Of a stretch of 62,120 nucleotides of DNA, positions 23,812-34,174 are shown in pieces. Below the pieces are notes generated by a model. The model worked only from the letters and a program-made list of their open reading frames with translations. It was not told where the DNA came from and ran no database searches. Each line of letters begins with the position of its first letter. The stretch's first letter is position 1. Origin of the DNA: a virus; the IMG/VR virus record IMGVR_UViG_3300021387_000156, positions 1 to 62,120 of that record, one strand, 5' to 3'. A program made the translations under genes and the position numbers.

Positions 23812-24354
23812 TTCAAGGGCAACACGCTAATCACGACTTTTAATGAGTTGCGATTCTTCACAGGATTAAAGACATGGGAATATCAGGCTCTTGGCAATTG
23901 CACCAAACTGACAAGTGCTCATCTACCCGCACACATGACATTCACACCCAACAGCATATTCCGCTCCGACACCAGACTCTCACAAGTTGTTCTGTCGCCA
24001 AATCTTCAGACTATCGGTCAATGGGGCTTCCACTCTTGCCCCATAACCGAGATAGACTTGCCTGTCACACTGACTAAAATCGAAACGGGCGCATTCTATT
24101 CAACGCGTTTAGTATCAGTAACAATCCCGCCAAATGTCACCTCAATAGCAAGTGCTGCTTTTGGTGTCAATACACTGACGGAGATTATCTTCCTCGGCAG
24201 CACACCGCCGACAGTTGGCGACGGTGGTCTTGCTGGTAATTTGTCATTTCCAATTTATGTGCCAGACGATGCAGTTGAGGCTTATAAAGCCGCACTCACG
24301 ACCAACAACTACGCCAACCGTGTGAAACCCATCAGCGAGAGGCCTACGGAATAG
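23797..24354 (+). other. Silent tail-fibre C-terminal cassette 3 (185 codons)
   Basis: PLGTNFKGNTLITTFNELRFFTGLKT...IYVPDDAVEAYKAALTTNNYANRVKPISERPTE; convergent 11-nt overlap with the expressed fibre 3' end. Confidence 0.7.
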
Positions 24355-27300
24355 CCTGTATATGGCTTGCGTGTGTACTCCACCTACTTGCAGCCTTGTA
24401 GGTTTCCAAGCTCTCTTGAGGTACGTATATGGAGCACGAAGCTGCGAGGGCGGCACCGTTCTCAAGTGTTGGCGGCGTGGCAGCTCTCACTGTCAGTGAC
24501 TGGATAGCACTACTACCGAAACACCAGTCACCGATGAAGGCTATCGTTGCTGGCAGGTCAAGAGAAACCAGTGATGCAGTAGATCGGAAGGCATTGCCTT
24601 CCAATCTTGTTATATTTTCGGGCACTACCATGCTTTGTATAGATGAAGATCGGAATCCATTAGATGGTATTCTTGTCAGGTTGCTGAAGTGACTGATTTC
24701 GTCAAATTTAGTAATCTGAGCACCCTGGAACTTAGTCCCGAGGGAACTAACAGCGGCAGCCTGGGCGGGTGTGATGCCGTCGGCGACTTTGTTGTATGCA
24801 CCCGCACCGGCGTTGGCCGTGGCCGTGATGTTGTATGCGCCCGTATTTGTCCTGTTCAGCACATAGTTGCCGTTCACAAGATCCCACTTGCCTGTGCCCG
24901 ACACTGGCGTGATGGTGAGGTCGTGCGAGCCTGTGCCGCCGGCAGGCTCCCAGTGATAGTCGCCCCAGTTGACGGCGCAGATGCGCATGACTTCGGGGTC
25001 CTCAAAGCGGATGTAGTAGGTGTCGCACACAATCGTGAGCGTGTTGCCGAAGTAGGCGCGGAGGGTGTTCAGCGTGTCCTCATACATCGGCGTTGTCACA
25101 TTGATGGTGCCTTGCAGTAGCGCAGGGGTATTCTCGTTTCTGACTCCTCCTTTTTCTGGGTCATAGATCACTCGACCGAATCCTGTGTTCTCGTCAGGAT
25201 CATACGGCACGGCCAATGTGGCAAGCAACTCCATCTCTGCACCCGTCATGTTGATAGCTCCCTCCCATATCAGCGAAACGAAATGAAGATGGTTGCCAGC
25301 AGTGTTGAGGATGCTGTTGAGAAGCGCGATGAAGTCAATCTGTGCACAATTGTTAACATACATACCGGAAATGCTTGCCTTGGCAGTCGCACTCAAAGTC
25401 ATGTGCTGATCATCAAGCATCGGCAGTGTATGCAAAAATAGGGTAATCAACTGGTCCGGGAACGACACCTCGCTGACCTTGCTGCCGATGGGCAGCAGCA
25501 TGTTTGGTGCTGATGATCCTGCAAACAGTGCCTTGCGCAGACGTGGGCATCCTGCCAACGACACGGTATTGTTCAGCGTGACCACATTGCGGCAGTCAAC
25601 CTCCTCGATGCAGTCACCGCTGATGTTGAGTGTGCCGGCGTTGAACAGCACATTGGAAGCGACGGCGTCGCCGACCTTGACCTTCTGCAAACGCTTGCCG
25701 CTGATGCTCATGGACGAACCAACCGATGCGTCACCGCCTCGGGTGGTCAGCGCAAGACCACTCAAGTCTCCCAGTTCGGTGTACCAGTCAACACCCTTGA
25801 GATAAAATGTGGTCGTACCATCGGAGGTCGCCGTGATGGGGCATGCAGTGCCAGCGGGTGTGCGGACACCTCTGATGATCGTACCGCCACCTCGGTTGCC
25901 AGTGGGGTACATCTCAACGGCAGGTTTGATGGCGAAGTTGAACGACTGGGCAGGCGTGAACTCAAGACGGCCCATGCCATCATCGCCAGAGCCTGTGAAG
26001 GCTGCGATGCTGTATTTCGAGAACAGTGACACAAGGTGCCACTCGACCCACTTGCGCTCAGCCTCCAACTGGGTGCCGTTTGCCTGACGCAAGGGCGGCA
26101 CATTGTTGTACACTGCCGTCGGGTCAAGTTCCCACACGTCAATGTACGACCAATCGGCATCGGCATTGTAGGCGGTCAAGGGGAAATAGTATGCGGAGTG
26201 GGCCCAGAAGTAGTACTGCATCATGTTCATCACACTCTCATGGATGCTGGGGCCGTTCACGTTGTACTGCGAGGCAAGGGAAACCAACGAGGTGACTATC
26301 GACTCTAGCATGTCCTTGACACCGCTCTGATAGCCGTCGGGATGGTTGATGATCTCCCAGAACGATGACGAGCAGCCCTGGTAAATGTCCACACCGTCGG
26401 TGGTCACGTCACCCACCTCGACGCTCGGCGACTTTGTCTGTTGCCCATTGTTGTCGGTCATGAGGATGGTGTCCATGTCATCCTGGCACCAAATCCATCG
26501 GCCTCCGTTGGCCAGTGTCTTCCACTTCATGGGATAGGAGTTCTTGGCGTGGTTGTCGCTGCAGGCAATCAACTCGCAGAATGCCTCATGATAACATGCG
26601 GCATTGATCGCCCAATATCGGCTCGACTCAGCCTTGAACTTGGCGATGCGGGCAGCACGCAGTTGTGCGGTCGTGGGCGATGTCGATGAGGTGATGGCCG
26701 TCAAGTAGGTGCCGAGGTAAGTCTTGATGTTGTGCGTGACCACCACTTCATAGTCGGAGTCATAGTCCTCGAGGTTGGCAAGCACCTCATACTTGCCCGT
26801 GCTGGTGCGGTAGTAGATGAGGTTGTAGTTGGCATCGTACAACTGCAGCACATCATTCTTCTTGTTGCCATAGATGTTGCGGCCTGCACGGAAGTTGTCA
26901 ATGTCGGCATTCAGTGCAGCCAGCGAGCTGTAGCCCGCCTCGCTCAGCGACGCGAGGTACGGTGAGCACAGGTAGGCGCTGTTGTAGGCTGGCTTCCACT
27001 CAGCCTCTAACAGCGCAAGCACATTGGCGGCATCGCTCGCCTTGTCGGTCGAGAATCGGCATGCACCGACATCCCAGCCTTCCTCACCACCGAAACACAG
27101 GGTCTCTTGCGTGTAGTCGTAGGTCACGTCAATCCAGGGGTGCAGGAACCGGGTGCCGAGAGGTGCGTGGTTCGGGCCCTCGAGCGAGAGCAATGACGGG
27201 TAAGTAGTCGTGTCATAGCCGCGCGTGCCGGCATCGTTCTTTGCGGGACCGACGGTGTACAGGCCTATGAACTTGTAAGAGCCGTCAGCATACTTCTGGA

Positions 27301-29692
27301 AACCGAGCATCGGGTATTGGTAGATGCTCACACGCACATCCTCGCTGGGCAGACCACTGCCGAGGCCGACAGCCTTGAACAACTCATCGAACATATTGCA
27401 GGCTCCCATCTTGTGCCCCTGCATGGACGATGCCACATTCTTCTTGGCCACGATGTCGTTGACCTTCGGGTGCAGACCCTTGCCGGCAATGTAGCCGCTC
27501 ACATTGTCGGTCGAGCCGTCGGCATAATGCCAAACGGCACTTGACTTCTTCAACTTGTTGCGCAGGTTCCAGCGGTAGTAGCGCATTGATGTGGTACCCT
27601 GACCGCTGATGGGGGCGTTGGTGATCTGCACATTCCAAGTGGGGTGGTCTGCATACTCCAGCCAGACAGTTGATGTGCCGCCAGTCGAATTGGTCAGCGA
27701 GGGGATGTCGTCATCGTTCTGCATCTGGATGACCATCGTATTGAAGCCGGCTGCCTTGCACAAGTCATACGAAATCTCACCACCGTCCATGATGTTGTTG
27801 TCGTGGCGCACACCGCTGCGGGTGTAGTCCATGCCGTCGATGATTGAGTTCAAGAAGTTCTGCTTCACACTCTCGCTCTCGAGCACCTGATTGTACACAC
27901 GCATGGTATAAAGGTATAGATCGGCACTTGCCTGGCCGAGACGCAGTGGGCCACTGCCGAACGAACCAGTGCCGTCGTACTCGAATACGCACTGCTGCAC
28001 ACCATTGATGTAGATACGGCAGAGGTTGCGACCGGTGGCCTTGTACAGGCGCTGCAGCACGACCACCACATGCAGGATCTTGTCCTCGCTCAGTTGCACA
28101 GTCTGCGGGGTTATCTGGCGGTCAGTTGAAGATACCACCAAAAGTCGGGTGGGGAACAGGATAATGCCGTTGGTGGTGGCTGCGTTGTAGGTCGGCGTGC
28201 TCATCATAGACAAGATGGGCGTGTCGTAGTCGCTGATGTTGCTGCATCTGTACTTAAACTCAATAGACACACTGCCCACCGATGCGCGGGTCAGCGGAGT
28301 GAGGTCTCCCACTTCGACCGTGCTGCCAGCCTTGATGACGAGGCACTTGTTGCTGTCGCTGTCCTGGTACCAGCCATCGGTAGACCATGACATGTTCGTC
28401 CACTCGGCATCATACGAAGCGACAGCGGCTCCTGTGGCTGCATTGATGATCTCGGCGCGGTCGGCAGATCCGTTGCTGCGGTTGGCGGCATTAAGATAGA
28501 ACATGGCGCCATCCACTGCGGTATACGACTGGGAGTTGTCGATGTCGGTGCGCATCATGGCGATCATGCCGTCCACCGCCACGGCGATGGTCAACTTGAA
28601 GTCATTGCCCTCGATGTCAACCTCAAGCGCCTTGGTGTAGTCCACCTTGGTCTGCGTCTGCACGCTGATGGCCTCGTGGTCCACCACCGTGATGGCCTCA
28701 CTGCCGTTCTGGGCGGTCAGCGACACCTCCACATGTGTGGCGTTGTAGGTGGCGAAGCGGAACAGGCGCTGCGTCTCGTAGTTCACGGCGGGATTGATGA
28801 TCTCGTTGATGCACACTAGCGCGACTTGGTTGATGTGCTGCTGCTGCACGCACATCACGTTGTATCTGTAGTGCTGTGTCTCCACACCATCACCGGCCAG
28901 CCAGATCTCCACTGTGTGGACACCTGTCTCACCGGGGAAGTAGTCCGTTATGATGAACTCATAAGGAGCGGTCGTGTAGTTCGTGCCTGACGGGAAGGTG
29001 CGTGTATAGGTCTGCTCGTCGTCATCGTCGATGCGGACATAGAGCGTCTTCTGCAAGTTACCGCTAAAGTAGAGCCCGTTGATGGCATACTCCTCGCCCT
29101 CGATCCAGGGATTGTTCCAGTTGTAGCGGGATGTCAGTGTCAACGAGGTGACCGAAGCCGTGAATGTCGTGGTCTTGGTCTGTCCCGAGTCCTTGCCCGT
29201 GACCGCCACTTTCACACGGTTGGTTCCCACCGAGAGGTAATTGCGCACATTCTGCGTGATGGTCGCTCCACTGAGGCAGTCACCGCTGGCCTTCTCGACG
29301 AAAGACCCGCCACCGTTGTCCACAAGCAGCGACCAACGGTAGTCCTCGGCAAAGGGTGTCATCTCGCCGCCGAGCGTTCCGCTCTTGGTCGACGGAGTGA
29401 CATTGATGTTTGCCACGGTGTCGTCCTTCAGCACATAGAACGAACTGGGCGTTGTCGTCGCCAGCGTGATGGCGTACACCGTACCGCTCAGTGGCACGAT
29501 GCCCAACTGAGTGCCGCCCTCGTAGTCATAGAACACAATGTTGCCGTTCTCGTAGGTGATATTGCCCACCTTCCCCTCGGTCGCAGCCTGCAGCGCGGCC
29601 AGCTGCGCCTTGATGAACTCCTCCACGCGGCTATTCTTGTAGCCCTCCCACGGGGTGCCAATGCCCGGTATTCTCTCGTCAATTCCTGCCAT
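24344..29692 (-). CDS. tail fibre / receptor-binding protein (1782 aa) with a LamG-like domain and a C-terminal BspA-type LRR tip
   Basis: Largest late ORF. GSFGSGPLRLGQASADLYLYTMRVYNQVL (concanavalin/LamG-like). The last 133 aa (SLGTKFQGAQITKFDEISHF...IYVPQESLETYKAASRWSTHASHIQAIP) are the swappable tip. Confidence 0.75.
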   Translation of the reverse strand: MAGIDERIPGIGTPWEGYKNSRVEEFIKAQLAALQAATEGKVGNITYENGNIVFYDYEGGTQLGIVPLSGTVYAITLATTTPSSFYVLKDDTVANINVTPSTKSGTLGGEMTPFAEDYRWSLLVDNGGGSFVEKASGDCLSGATITQNVRNYLSVGTNRVKVAVTGKDSGQTKTTTFTASVTSLTLTSRYNWNNPWIEGEEYAINGLYFSGNLQKTLYVRIDDDDEQTYTRTFPSGTNYTTAPYEFIITDYFPGETGVHTVEIWLAGDGVETQHYRYNVMCVQQQHINQVALVCINEIINPAVNYETQRLFRFATYNATHVEVSLTAQNGSEAITVVDHEAISVQTQTKVDYTKALEVDIEGNDFKLTIAVAVDGMIAMMRTDIDNSQSYTAVDGAMFYLNAANRSNGSADRAEIINAATGAAVASYDAEWTNMSWSTDGWYQDSDSNKCLVIKAGSTVEVGDLTPLTRASVGSVSIEFKYRCSNISDYDTPILSMMSTPTYNAATTNGIILFPTRLLVVSSTDRQITPQTVQLSEDKILHVVVVLQRLYKATGRNLCRIYINGVQQCVFEYDGTGSFGSGPLRLGQASADLYLYTMRVYNQVLESESVKQNFLNSIIDGMDYTRSGVRHDNNIMDGGEISYDLCKAAGFNTMVIQMQNDDDIPSLTNSTGGTSTVWLEYADHPTWNVQITNAPISGQGTTSMRYYRWNLRNKLKKSSAVWHYADGSTDNVSGYIAGKGLHPKVNDIVAKKNVASSMQGHKMGACNMFDELFKAVGLGSGLPSEDVRVSIYQYPMLGFQKYADGSYKFIGLYTVGPAKNDAGTRGYDTTTYPSLLSLEGPNHAPLGTRFLHPWIDVTYDYTQETLCFGGEEGWDVGACRFSTDKASDAANVLALLEAEWKPAYNSAYLCSPYLASLSEAGYSSLAALNADIDNFRAGRNIYGNKKNDVLQLYDANYNLIYYRTSTGKYEVLANLEDYDSDYEVVVTHNIKTYLGTYLTAITSSTSPTTAQLRAARIAKFKAESSRYWAINAACYHEAFCELIACSDNHAKNSYPMKWKTLANGGRWIWCQDDMDTILMTDNNGQQTKSPSVEVGDVTTDGVDIYQGCSSSFWEIINHPDGYQSGVKDMLESIVTSLVSLASQYNVNGPSIHESVMNMMQYYFWAHSAYYFPLTAYNADADWSYIDVWELDPTAVYNNVPPLRQANGTQLEAERKWVEWHLVSLFSKYSIAAFTGSGDDGMGRLEFTPAQSFNFAIKPAVEMYPTGNRGGGTIIRGVRTPAGTACPITATSDGTTTFYLKGVDWYTELGDLSGLALTTRGGDASVGSSMSISGKRLQKVKVGDAVASNVLFNAGTLNISGDCIEEVDCRNVVTLNNTVSLAGCPRLRKALFAGSSAPNMLLPIGSKVSEVSFPDQLITLFLHTLPMLDDQHMTLSATAKASISGMYVNNCAQIDFIALLNSILNTAGNHLHFVSLIWEGAINMTGAEMELLATLAVPYDPDENTGFGRVIYDPEKGGVRNENTPALLQGTINVTTPMYEDTLNTLRAYFGNTLTIVCDTYYIRFEDPEVMRICAVNWGDYHWEPAGGTGSHDLTITPVSGTGKWDLVNGNYVLNRTNTGAYNITATANAGAGAYNKVADGITPAQAAAVSSLGTKFQGAQITKFDEISHFSNLTRIPSNGFRSSSIQSMVVPENITRLEGNAFRSTASLVSLDLPATIAFIGDWCFGSSAIQSLTVRAATPPTLENGAALAASCSIYVPQESLETYKAASRWSTHASHIQAIP
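24731..24746 (-). repeat. Recombination site D inside the tail-fibre ORF (minus strand TTCCCTCGGGACTAAG)
   Basis: Core repeat encoding S-L-G-T, 133 codons before the stop. Confidence 0.7.
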
Positions 29693-29715
29693 ATTATTGA
29701 TGTGTTGTTTAGTCG

Positions 29716-29874
29716 TTAGTTATGCCATGTGTTGTCACTATGCCACACCAGCTCGCCCCGCCAGTATGAGGCCACCTTGCTCCACACCAGGCGTGTGCCC
29801 TTGTAGATGGCCATGATGGCGCGGCTGCCCTTCTGTACCAGCCCTATGCGGCGGTTGTTGCGGTAGATGCTCAT
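29716..29874 (-). CDS. small hypothetical protein (52 aa; below the track cutoff)
   Basis: Manual translation gives MSIYRNNRRIGLVQKGSRAIMAIYKGTRLVWSKVASYWRGELVWHSDNTWHN; ATGA overlap with the upstream stop. Confidence 0.45.
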   Translation of the reverse strand: MSIYRNNRRIGLVQKGSRAIMAIYKGTRLVWSKVASYWRGELVWHSDNTWHN

Positions 29875-30323
29875 GACTCGTAGATGTAATATTTTGTGTC
29901 CGCGTCAATCGTGCCGGCGTCCACCATAGCGTTATACTCCTCCTCTGTGCAGTACACCTCGGCCAAAGCCTCTAATTGTTCGGCCACAATCCTCAGGCTG
30001 CCCTGCATCAGGCCAAAGTCCGAGGCCAGCCTGTCCAGGCCGTCGCCATTGATGTCCACCTGGCGTTGAAGGCGTAACAAGTTACTGGATACGGTGTTTA
30101 TGCCGGTCCACATTTCAGCCTTGTATGCCTCGATGGCTGTCTCTGCAGCACTGTACAACTGGTCGTAGAGCACGGAGTACTCTACCCTTCGCCCACCATT
30201 GAGCTCGATGTTGTCACCGCTCGTCATCGTTGTGACTGGCGTCAGCTGCATGATGGTGCGGCCGTTGGTCTTCAAAGCGGCGATAACAGCCTGTACTATC
30301 TCTTGTTTTTCTTCGGGTGTCAT
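29871..30323 (-). CDS. hypothetical tail-associated protein (150 aa)
   Basis: Track ORF; translationally coupled within the tail module. Confidence 0.55.
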   Translation of the reverse strand: MTPEEKQEIVQAVIAALKTNGRTIMQLTPVTTMTSGDNIELNGGRRVEYSVLYDQLYSAAETAIEAYKAEMWTGINTVSSNLLRLQRQVDINGDGLDRLASDFGLMQGSLRIVAEQLEALAEVYCTEEEYNAMVDAGTIDADTKYYIYES

Positions 30324-31165
30324 ATCTCAAGAATTATTACGTTAGAGTTCTCGGTGCTGTCTATTCTGTCAAGGGTGTCGTTCACCCGGCGGATGGCAAC
30401 TTGGCTCTCATCCTCATAGTCAGCATCAATGCGTACGGTCTTGCGCAACTGCTGAGTGAACACAAAGGAGTCAAGGCCTTCTATTAAGATCTCTTTGTTT
30501 GGCACATTATTGCTCTCACGCACATAGCGCACGGCATTGACGTACACGAACTGGCAAGTGAGCAGTCTGTTAAGCAGAGCGCCGAACCACACAGGGACAC
30601 CGATAGAGTTGCCCATCGTGAAGGTCTTGATGATGTAGTCGCTGGCATACAGTTCAACGACATCCTGATACTGCGTAGTGAACTGCTCGTTCTCCACCCC
30701 GAGCTCCCACCCCGAATCCTTGAAACCGCCAGGGACACGGAAGTCGAAGAAATAATGTACTCCGTCTATGATGAACGCCACGTCATCACGCTGCTTGTTG
30801 TCCTTGTTGCTGTACTGCAACAGCGTGGTCTTAGACAAGATGCCCTCGTCGCTCGTGATGCGGAACACCTCACACGTCTTGTCTGCGATAGTCAGATAAT
30901 AGAAGCCGTCAGACAGACCGCAATATACGTGGAAGAACACTATCGTGTCGTCATTTATCTCCCATTCGTTCCATATGATGGTTCCGATGGCGGTATCGGT
31001 GCAGGCATCATAGAGCGTTGCCGTTGGAGCAGTCTCCTCGGCATCGGCAACGACCTGTATCATTATCTGGTCGGTTGGCGCAAACACTTGCGTGTAACGG
31101 CTGTGAAGACCGTCGGAGGCGTTGCTTTCAGCGAAATTCAGCGGTGTAAATGGACTTAACTTCAT
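30320..31165 (-). CDS. hypothetical distal tail/baseplate protein (281 aa)
   Basis: Track ORF; position between the large distal tail protein and the fibre. Confidence 0.55.
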   Translation of the reverse strand: MKLSPFTPLNFAESNASDGLHSRYTQVFAPTDQIMIQVVADAEETAPTATLYDACTDTAIGTIIWNEWEINDDTIVFFHVYCGLSDGFYYLTIADKTCEVFRITSDEGILSKTTLLQYSNKDNKQRDDVAFIIDGVHYFFDFRVPGGFKDSGWELGVENEQFTTQYQDVVELYASDYIIKTFTMGNSIGVPVWFGALLNRLLTCQFVYVNAVRYVRESNNVPNKEILIEGLDSFVFTQQLRKTVRIDADYEDESQVAIRRVNDTLDRIDSTENSNVIILEI

Positions 31166-33285
31166 ATCTCGGTGATTTCTTTAACTATTAGTGTATATTC
31201 CACTCCGTTGCGCTTGCCGAAACGGCACTCGGCCTCCTTGATGAAACCTTTGATGCGGAAGCCTTTGTAATCCAGCTGCACTAATGCGTTGATGTCACTC
31301 GGCATCTCCATGTCATCGGTGGTGAACTCCAACTCGGCGGCGGTGAACAGCGCGGTGCCGGCGGCAATCTCCACGCTGCCGAGTGCGTTGTTGCCGTCGC
31401 TGCTGGTCATCGTGAGCGTCACCGCTTTGCCGTTGCCGAACACGGCGATGAACGCCTTGTTGTTCTCCACGCACACGCTGGGGTTGTAGTCATCGTTGTT
31501 GCTCGGCTGGTAGGTGTTCACTCCTGTCGAGGCGTTCTCGGCGATACGGATGAAGAACACATCCTCATCGGCCTTGTCGTCCTTCGTCTCGCTCTCGCTC
31601 TTGCGTGCCGTGAACTCCAAGCCGTAACTGTCGGCGCGGTACTTGCTCTGCAAGGTGAGTTTCTTGTCGGTCAACGAGAAGCCCGTGGAGTAGTAATTGG
31701 TGAAGTTTTTCTCCAGTCGTCCGTCAATCTCGCCGTACTCCTTCTTGGAGTACCCGGCCTCGATGGTGGTGTAGATGAGATCGTCCACGATGCTCAACTT
31801 CACGTCACGGAAGTTGTCTATCGTCTTGGCTACCTCGTCCACGAACACTGCGGAGCGGTGGACGAATTGCAGCTCGTCACCCACGACGCGGTAGGTGTAG
31901 CCGAACACGGCCTCCATCCAGTCGGCGAAGTTGCCGAAGGTGCTATACACTTTCGCCGTGCTGATTTGTCGCAGTTCCTCGCCCGGCAGCAGGTAGGTCT
32001 TGGCGATAAGTCCGGCATCGTCCGCGGCGATAGACACGGCGGTCTCCTCGCCGGTGATGCTGCGCACAATTTTGGTGATGAGTTGCAGGGGTGAGATACA
32101 GCGACACGACAAGGTGTTGCGGATTGGGTCGGCCCAGTTTGCGATGAGTGTAGCATACTGGAACGTCATTTGCCCCTCACACCGCAACCGAACATGAGTG
32201 TCTTGCCATATATTGTCAGCAGGAACCGTGGCATACTCGTCCACTTGTCGGTCTTGGTAGTAGTTCTCGGGTGTCCCCTTGTTAATCCAATGGCCGTTCT
32301 GGAACTCATAGATTGTGTTGTTCTGCCAGTAGGACGCGGAGTTATAGTCGCTATACGAACCAACAACACCAAATATGCCGTTATAGTCGTTGCTGATTGA
32401 GCCATAACCACCGAAACGAGCCAATGCGGCGTCATTCAACTCGGTGACGTCGCGGAACACATTCTCCTTAATGCTATTGACGAGGATGTTCGTGCGCTGG
32501 CCGTGTATTCGCTTGTACTGCACAGCATCGTCAAAGTTGAAACTCGTAATCAGGCGAAAGTTCTCATCGTTCAACTGGTAATCTGCATAGACTGACAACT
32601 GAGACACCGCAATGTCGCTGCCATAAGCCGAACCGTCTTTGGTGTAGGGGCAGAAGAAGCAGCGGACTGTTCCCTGCGCCCTCAACGTCAGTGCCGCACC
32701 ATGAGTTTTGCAGTGAGCGAAGAACGAGTTGCTTGATGCTTGGTTGGACAACTCGATATACTCTTTCGAGATTATCTGCGACGCGTTCTCGTTTAGGTTT
32801 AGTTCCACAAGGCCGTTGAGCGAACTTCCGACAAAGCTGAATAAACCATAGTTGGCAATCTCAATGCGGCTCACGTTGACCCGTGTGGCGCTGAAATCGC
32901 TCACCGGGTACTCGTACTTCTGCGACTTCTTGCTCTTCAACAGCGAGGCAAGGGCGTTGTCCATCGCGTTAATCGACAACGAGCCGGACTCTATCTCAAT
33001 GGTCGAGAAGTCCAACGCCGCCGAATACTGCAACTCCCACTCATGGCGGTTGGTGATAGTGTACACGGCGACACTCGCCGAGGCGAGGAAACCTTTATCC
33101 AGGTACTCGGCAAACAAAAGGTCGTAAATCTCGCCCACGAAGACGAACTGCGTCGAATAGGACCGCATCACACCCGAGTAGTCGGTGCGCTTGAGCGAGA
33201 ACGAAATCTCGTCCCAATTCTTCAAGCACTCGTCCAGCAGTTCGTGCTCGGTGCCGGCGATTGTGAGTATGTACTTTGTCAGCAT
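31162..33285 (-). CDS. large distal tail protein (707 aa; Tal/Dit-position)
   Basis: ATG at 33285 (the track start at 33324 is TTG); size and position downstream of the tape measure. Confidence 0.55.
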   Translation of the reverse strand: MLTKYILTIAGTEHELLDECLKNWDEISFSLKRTDYSGVMRSYSTQFVFVGEIYDLLFAEYLDKGFLASASVAVYTITNRHEWELQYSAALDFSTIEIESGSLSINAMDNALASLLKSKKSQKYEYPVSDFSATRVNVSRIEIANYGLFSFVGSSLNGLVELNLNENASQIISKEYIELSNQASSNSFFAHCKTHGAALTLRAQGTVRCFFCPYTKDGSAYGSDIAVSQLSVYADYQLNDENFRLITSFNFDDAVQYKRIHGQRTNILVNSIKENVFRDVTELNDAALARFGGYGSISNDYNGIFGVVGSYSDYNSASYWQNNTIYEFQNGHWINKGTPENYYQDRQVDEYATVPADNIWQDTHVRLRCEGQMTFQYATLIANWADPIRNTLSCRCISPLQLITKIVRSITGEETAVSIAADDAGLIAKTYLLPGEELRQISTAKVYSTFGNFADWMEAVFGYTYRVVGDELQFVHRSAVFVDEVAKTIDNFRDVKLSIVDDLIYTTIEAGYSKKEYGEIDGRLEKNFTNYYSTGFSLTDKKLTLQSKYRADSYGLEFTARKSESETKDDKADEDVFFIRIAENASTGVNTYQPSNNDDYNPSVCVENNKAFIAVFGNGKAVTLTMTSSDGNNALGSVEIAAGTALFTAAELEFTTDDMEMPSDINALVQLDYKGFRIKGFIKEAECRFGKRNGVEYTLIVKEITEI

Positions 33286-33483
33286 AGCACGCAAAGTTAC
33301 CCACAAATAAAACCGCTTCGCCAAATCCCCGAAATCTTTGGGGTCGGCAAAGCGGTGTTATCTGCGATATTTTGTTAGCTTTCAGCGACTTTTGTGTGTG
33401 TTTTTTTCTTCCGTTCGTAATAAAAATCCCCACAAGTTGACAGCCTTGTGGGGACGATCCATTTGAAAGGAGGTGTAAATCAA

Positions 33484-33891
33484 TCAGACAAAATGGACTT
33501 GACTTAATTCATTTGCAAAAGAATGCAGTGCGGTTTCAATTCTTGCGGCGGTTTTCTTACTTGGACGGCGGTAACCGCTGATGTACTGCGAGAGTTGAGG
33601 TTGGGAGATTCCAGTCAACCCGTGCAGCCCAGTCAATGTTAGCAGGCTTTTGTAGTAGCCTAGAAACGATGGAACGTCAAAGGAGAACTCGAACTCAACT
33701 TCCTCGAAATTCTTACCTTGCTCAGTGTACAGTTCTTTCATACCTTGATAGACGGCCTTAAAGTCGGAGATGGCCTCTTCTGCGGTGTTGCCTTCACCAA
33801 TAAGACCATAATCTAATCCGTCATCATCGGGCATATAAGCGCTATAGCTTCCATCAGAGCCACGCTCAATAAATACCCTTACCTTCTTCAT
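33484..33891 (-). CDS. hicB: HicB-family antitoxin with a C-terminal HTH
   Basis: MKKVRVFIERGSDGSYSAYMPDDDGL..GEGNTAEEAISDFKAV (HicB/UPF0150 fold pattern); directly downstream of hicA. Confidence 0.65.
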   Translation of the reverse strand: MKKVRVFIERGSDGSYSAYMPDDDGLDYGLIGEGNTAEEAISDFKAVYQGMKELYTEQGKNFEEVEFEFSFDVPSFLGYYKSLLTLTGLHGLTGISQPQLSQYISGYRRPSKKTAARIETALHSFANELSQVHFV

Positions 33892-33959
33892 AGTTAATGT
33901 TGGTTTTAGTTGTTATTATTCTTTTTCATATCTTTGAGGTCAGAGAAAAAGCCAGCGGG

Positions 33960-34148
33960 TCATTTAAGACCCGACTGGCGCTTGATGGCCCTCAGTGTGC
34001 CAGGTTTGACTTCCTCGCTCAAGTGGTTGCTTGTCGTGAAAGTTATGCCTGTGATTGGGCTGAACCATGCGGGGTGACCCGCTATCTGTCTGCCCAATTC
34101 GTAGCATCCAATCTTTCTGAGAGCTCTGTGTAATTCATTATACTTCAT
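33960..34148 (-). CDS. hicA: HicA-family mRNA interferase toxin
   Basis: MKYNELHRALRKIGCYELGRQIAGH...EEVKPGTLRAIKRQSGL follows the HicA consensus. Confidence 0.7.
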   Translation of the reverse strand: MKYNELHRALRKIGCYELGRQIAGHPAWFSPITGITFTTSNHLSEEVKPGTLRAIKRQSGLK

Positions 34149-34174
34149 TTTGTCTGTATTTATGATTTACACTG

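Noticed and set aside
24344-29692. Diversity-generating retroelement as the source of tail-fibre variability
   Set aside because: No reverse transcriptase ORF and no template/variable repeat pair with adenine-specific differences was found. Variation is instead explained by the discrete inverted cassettes and the adjacent recombinase.
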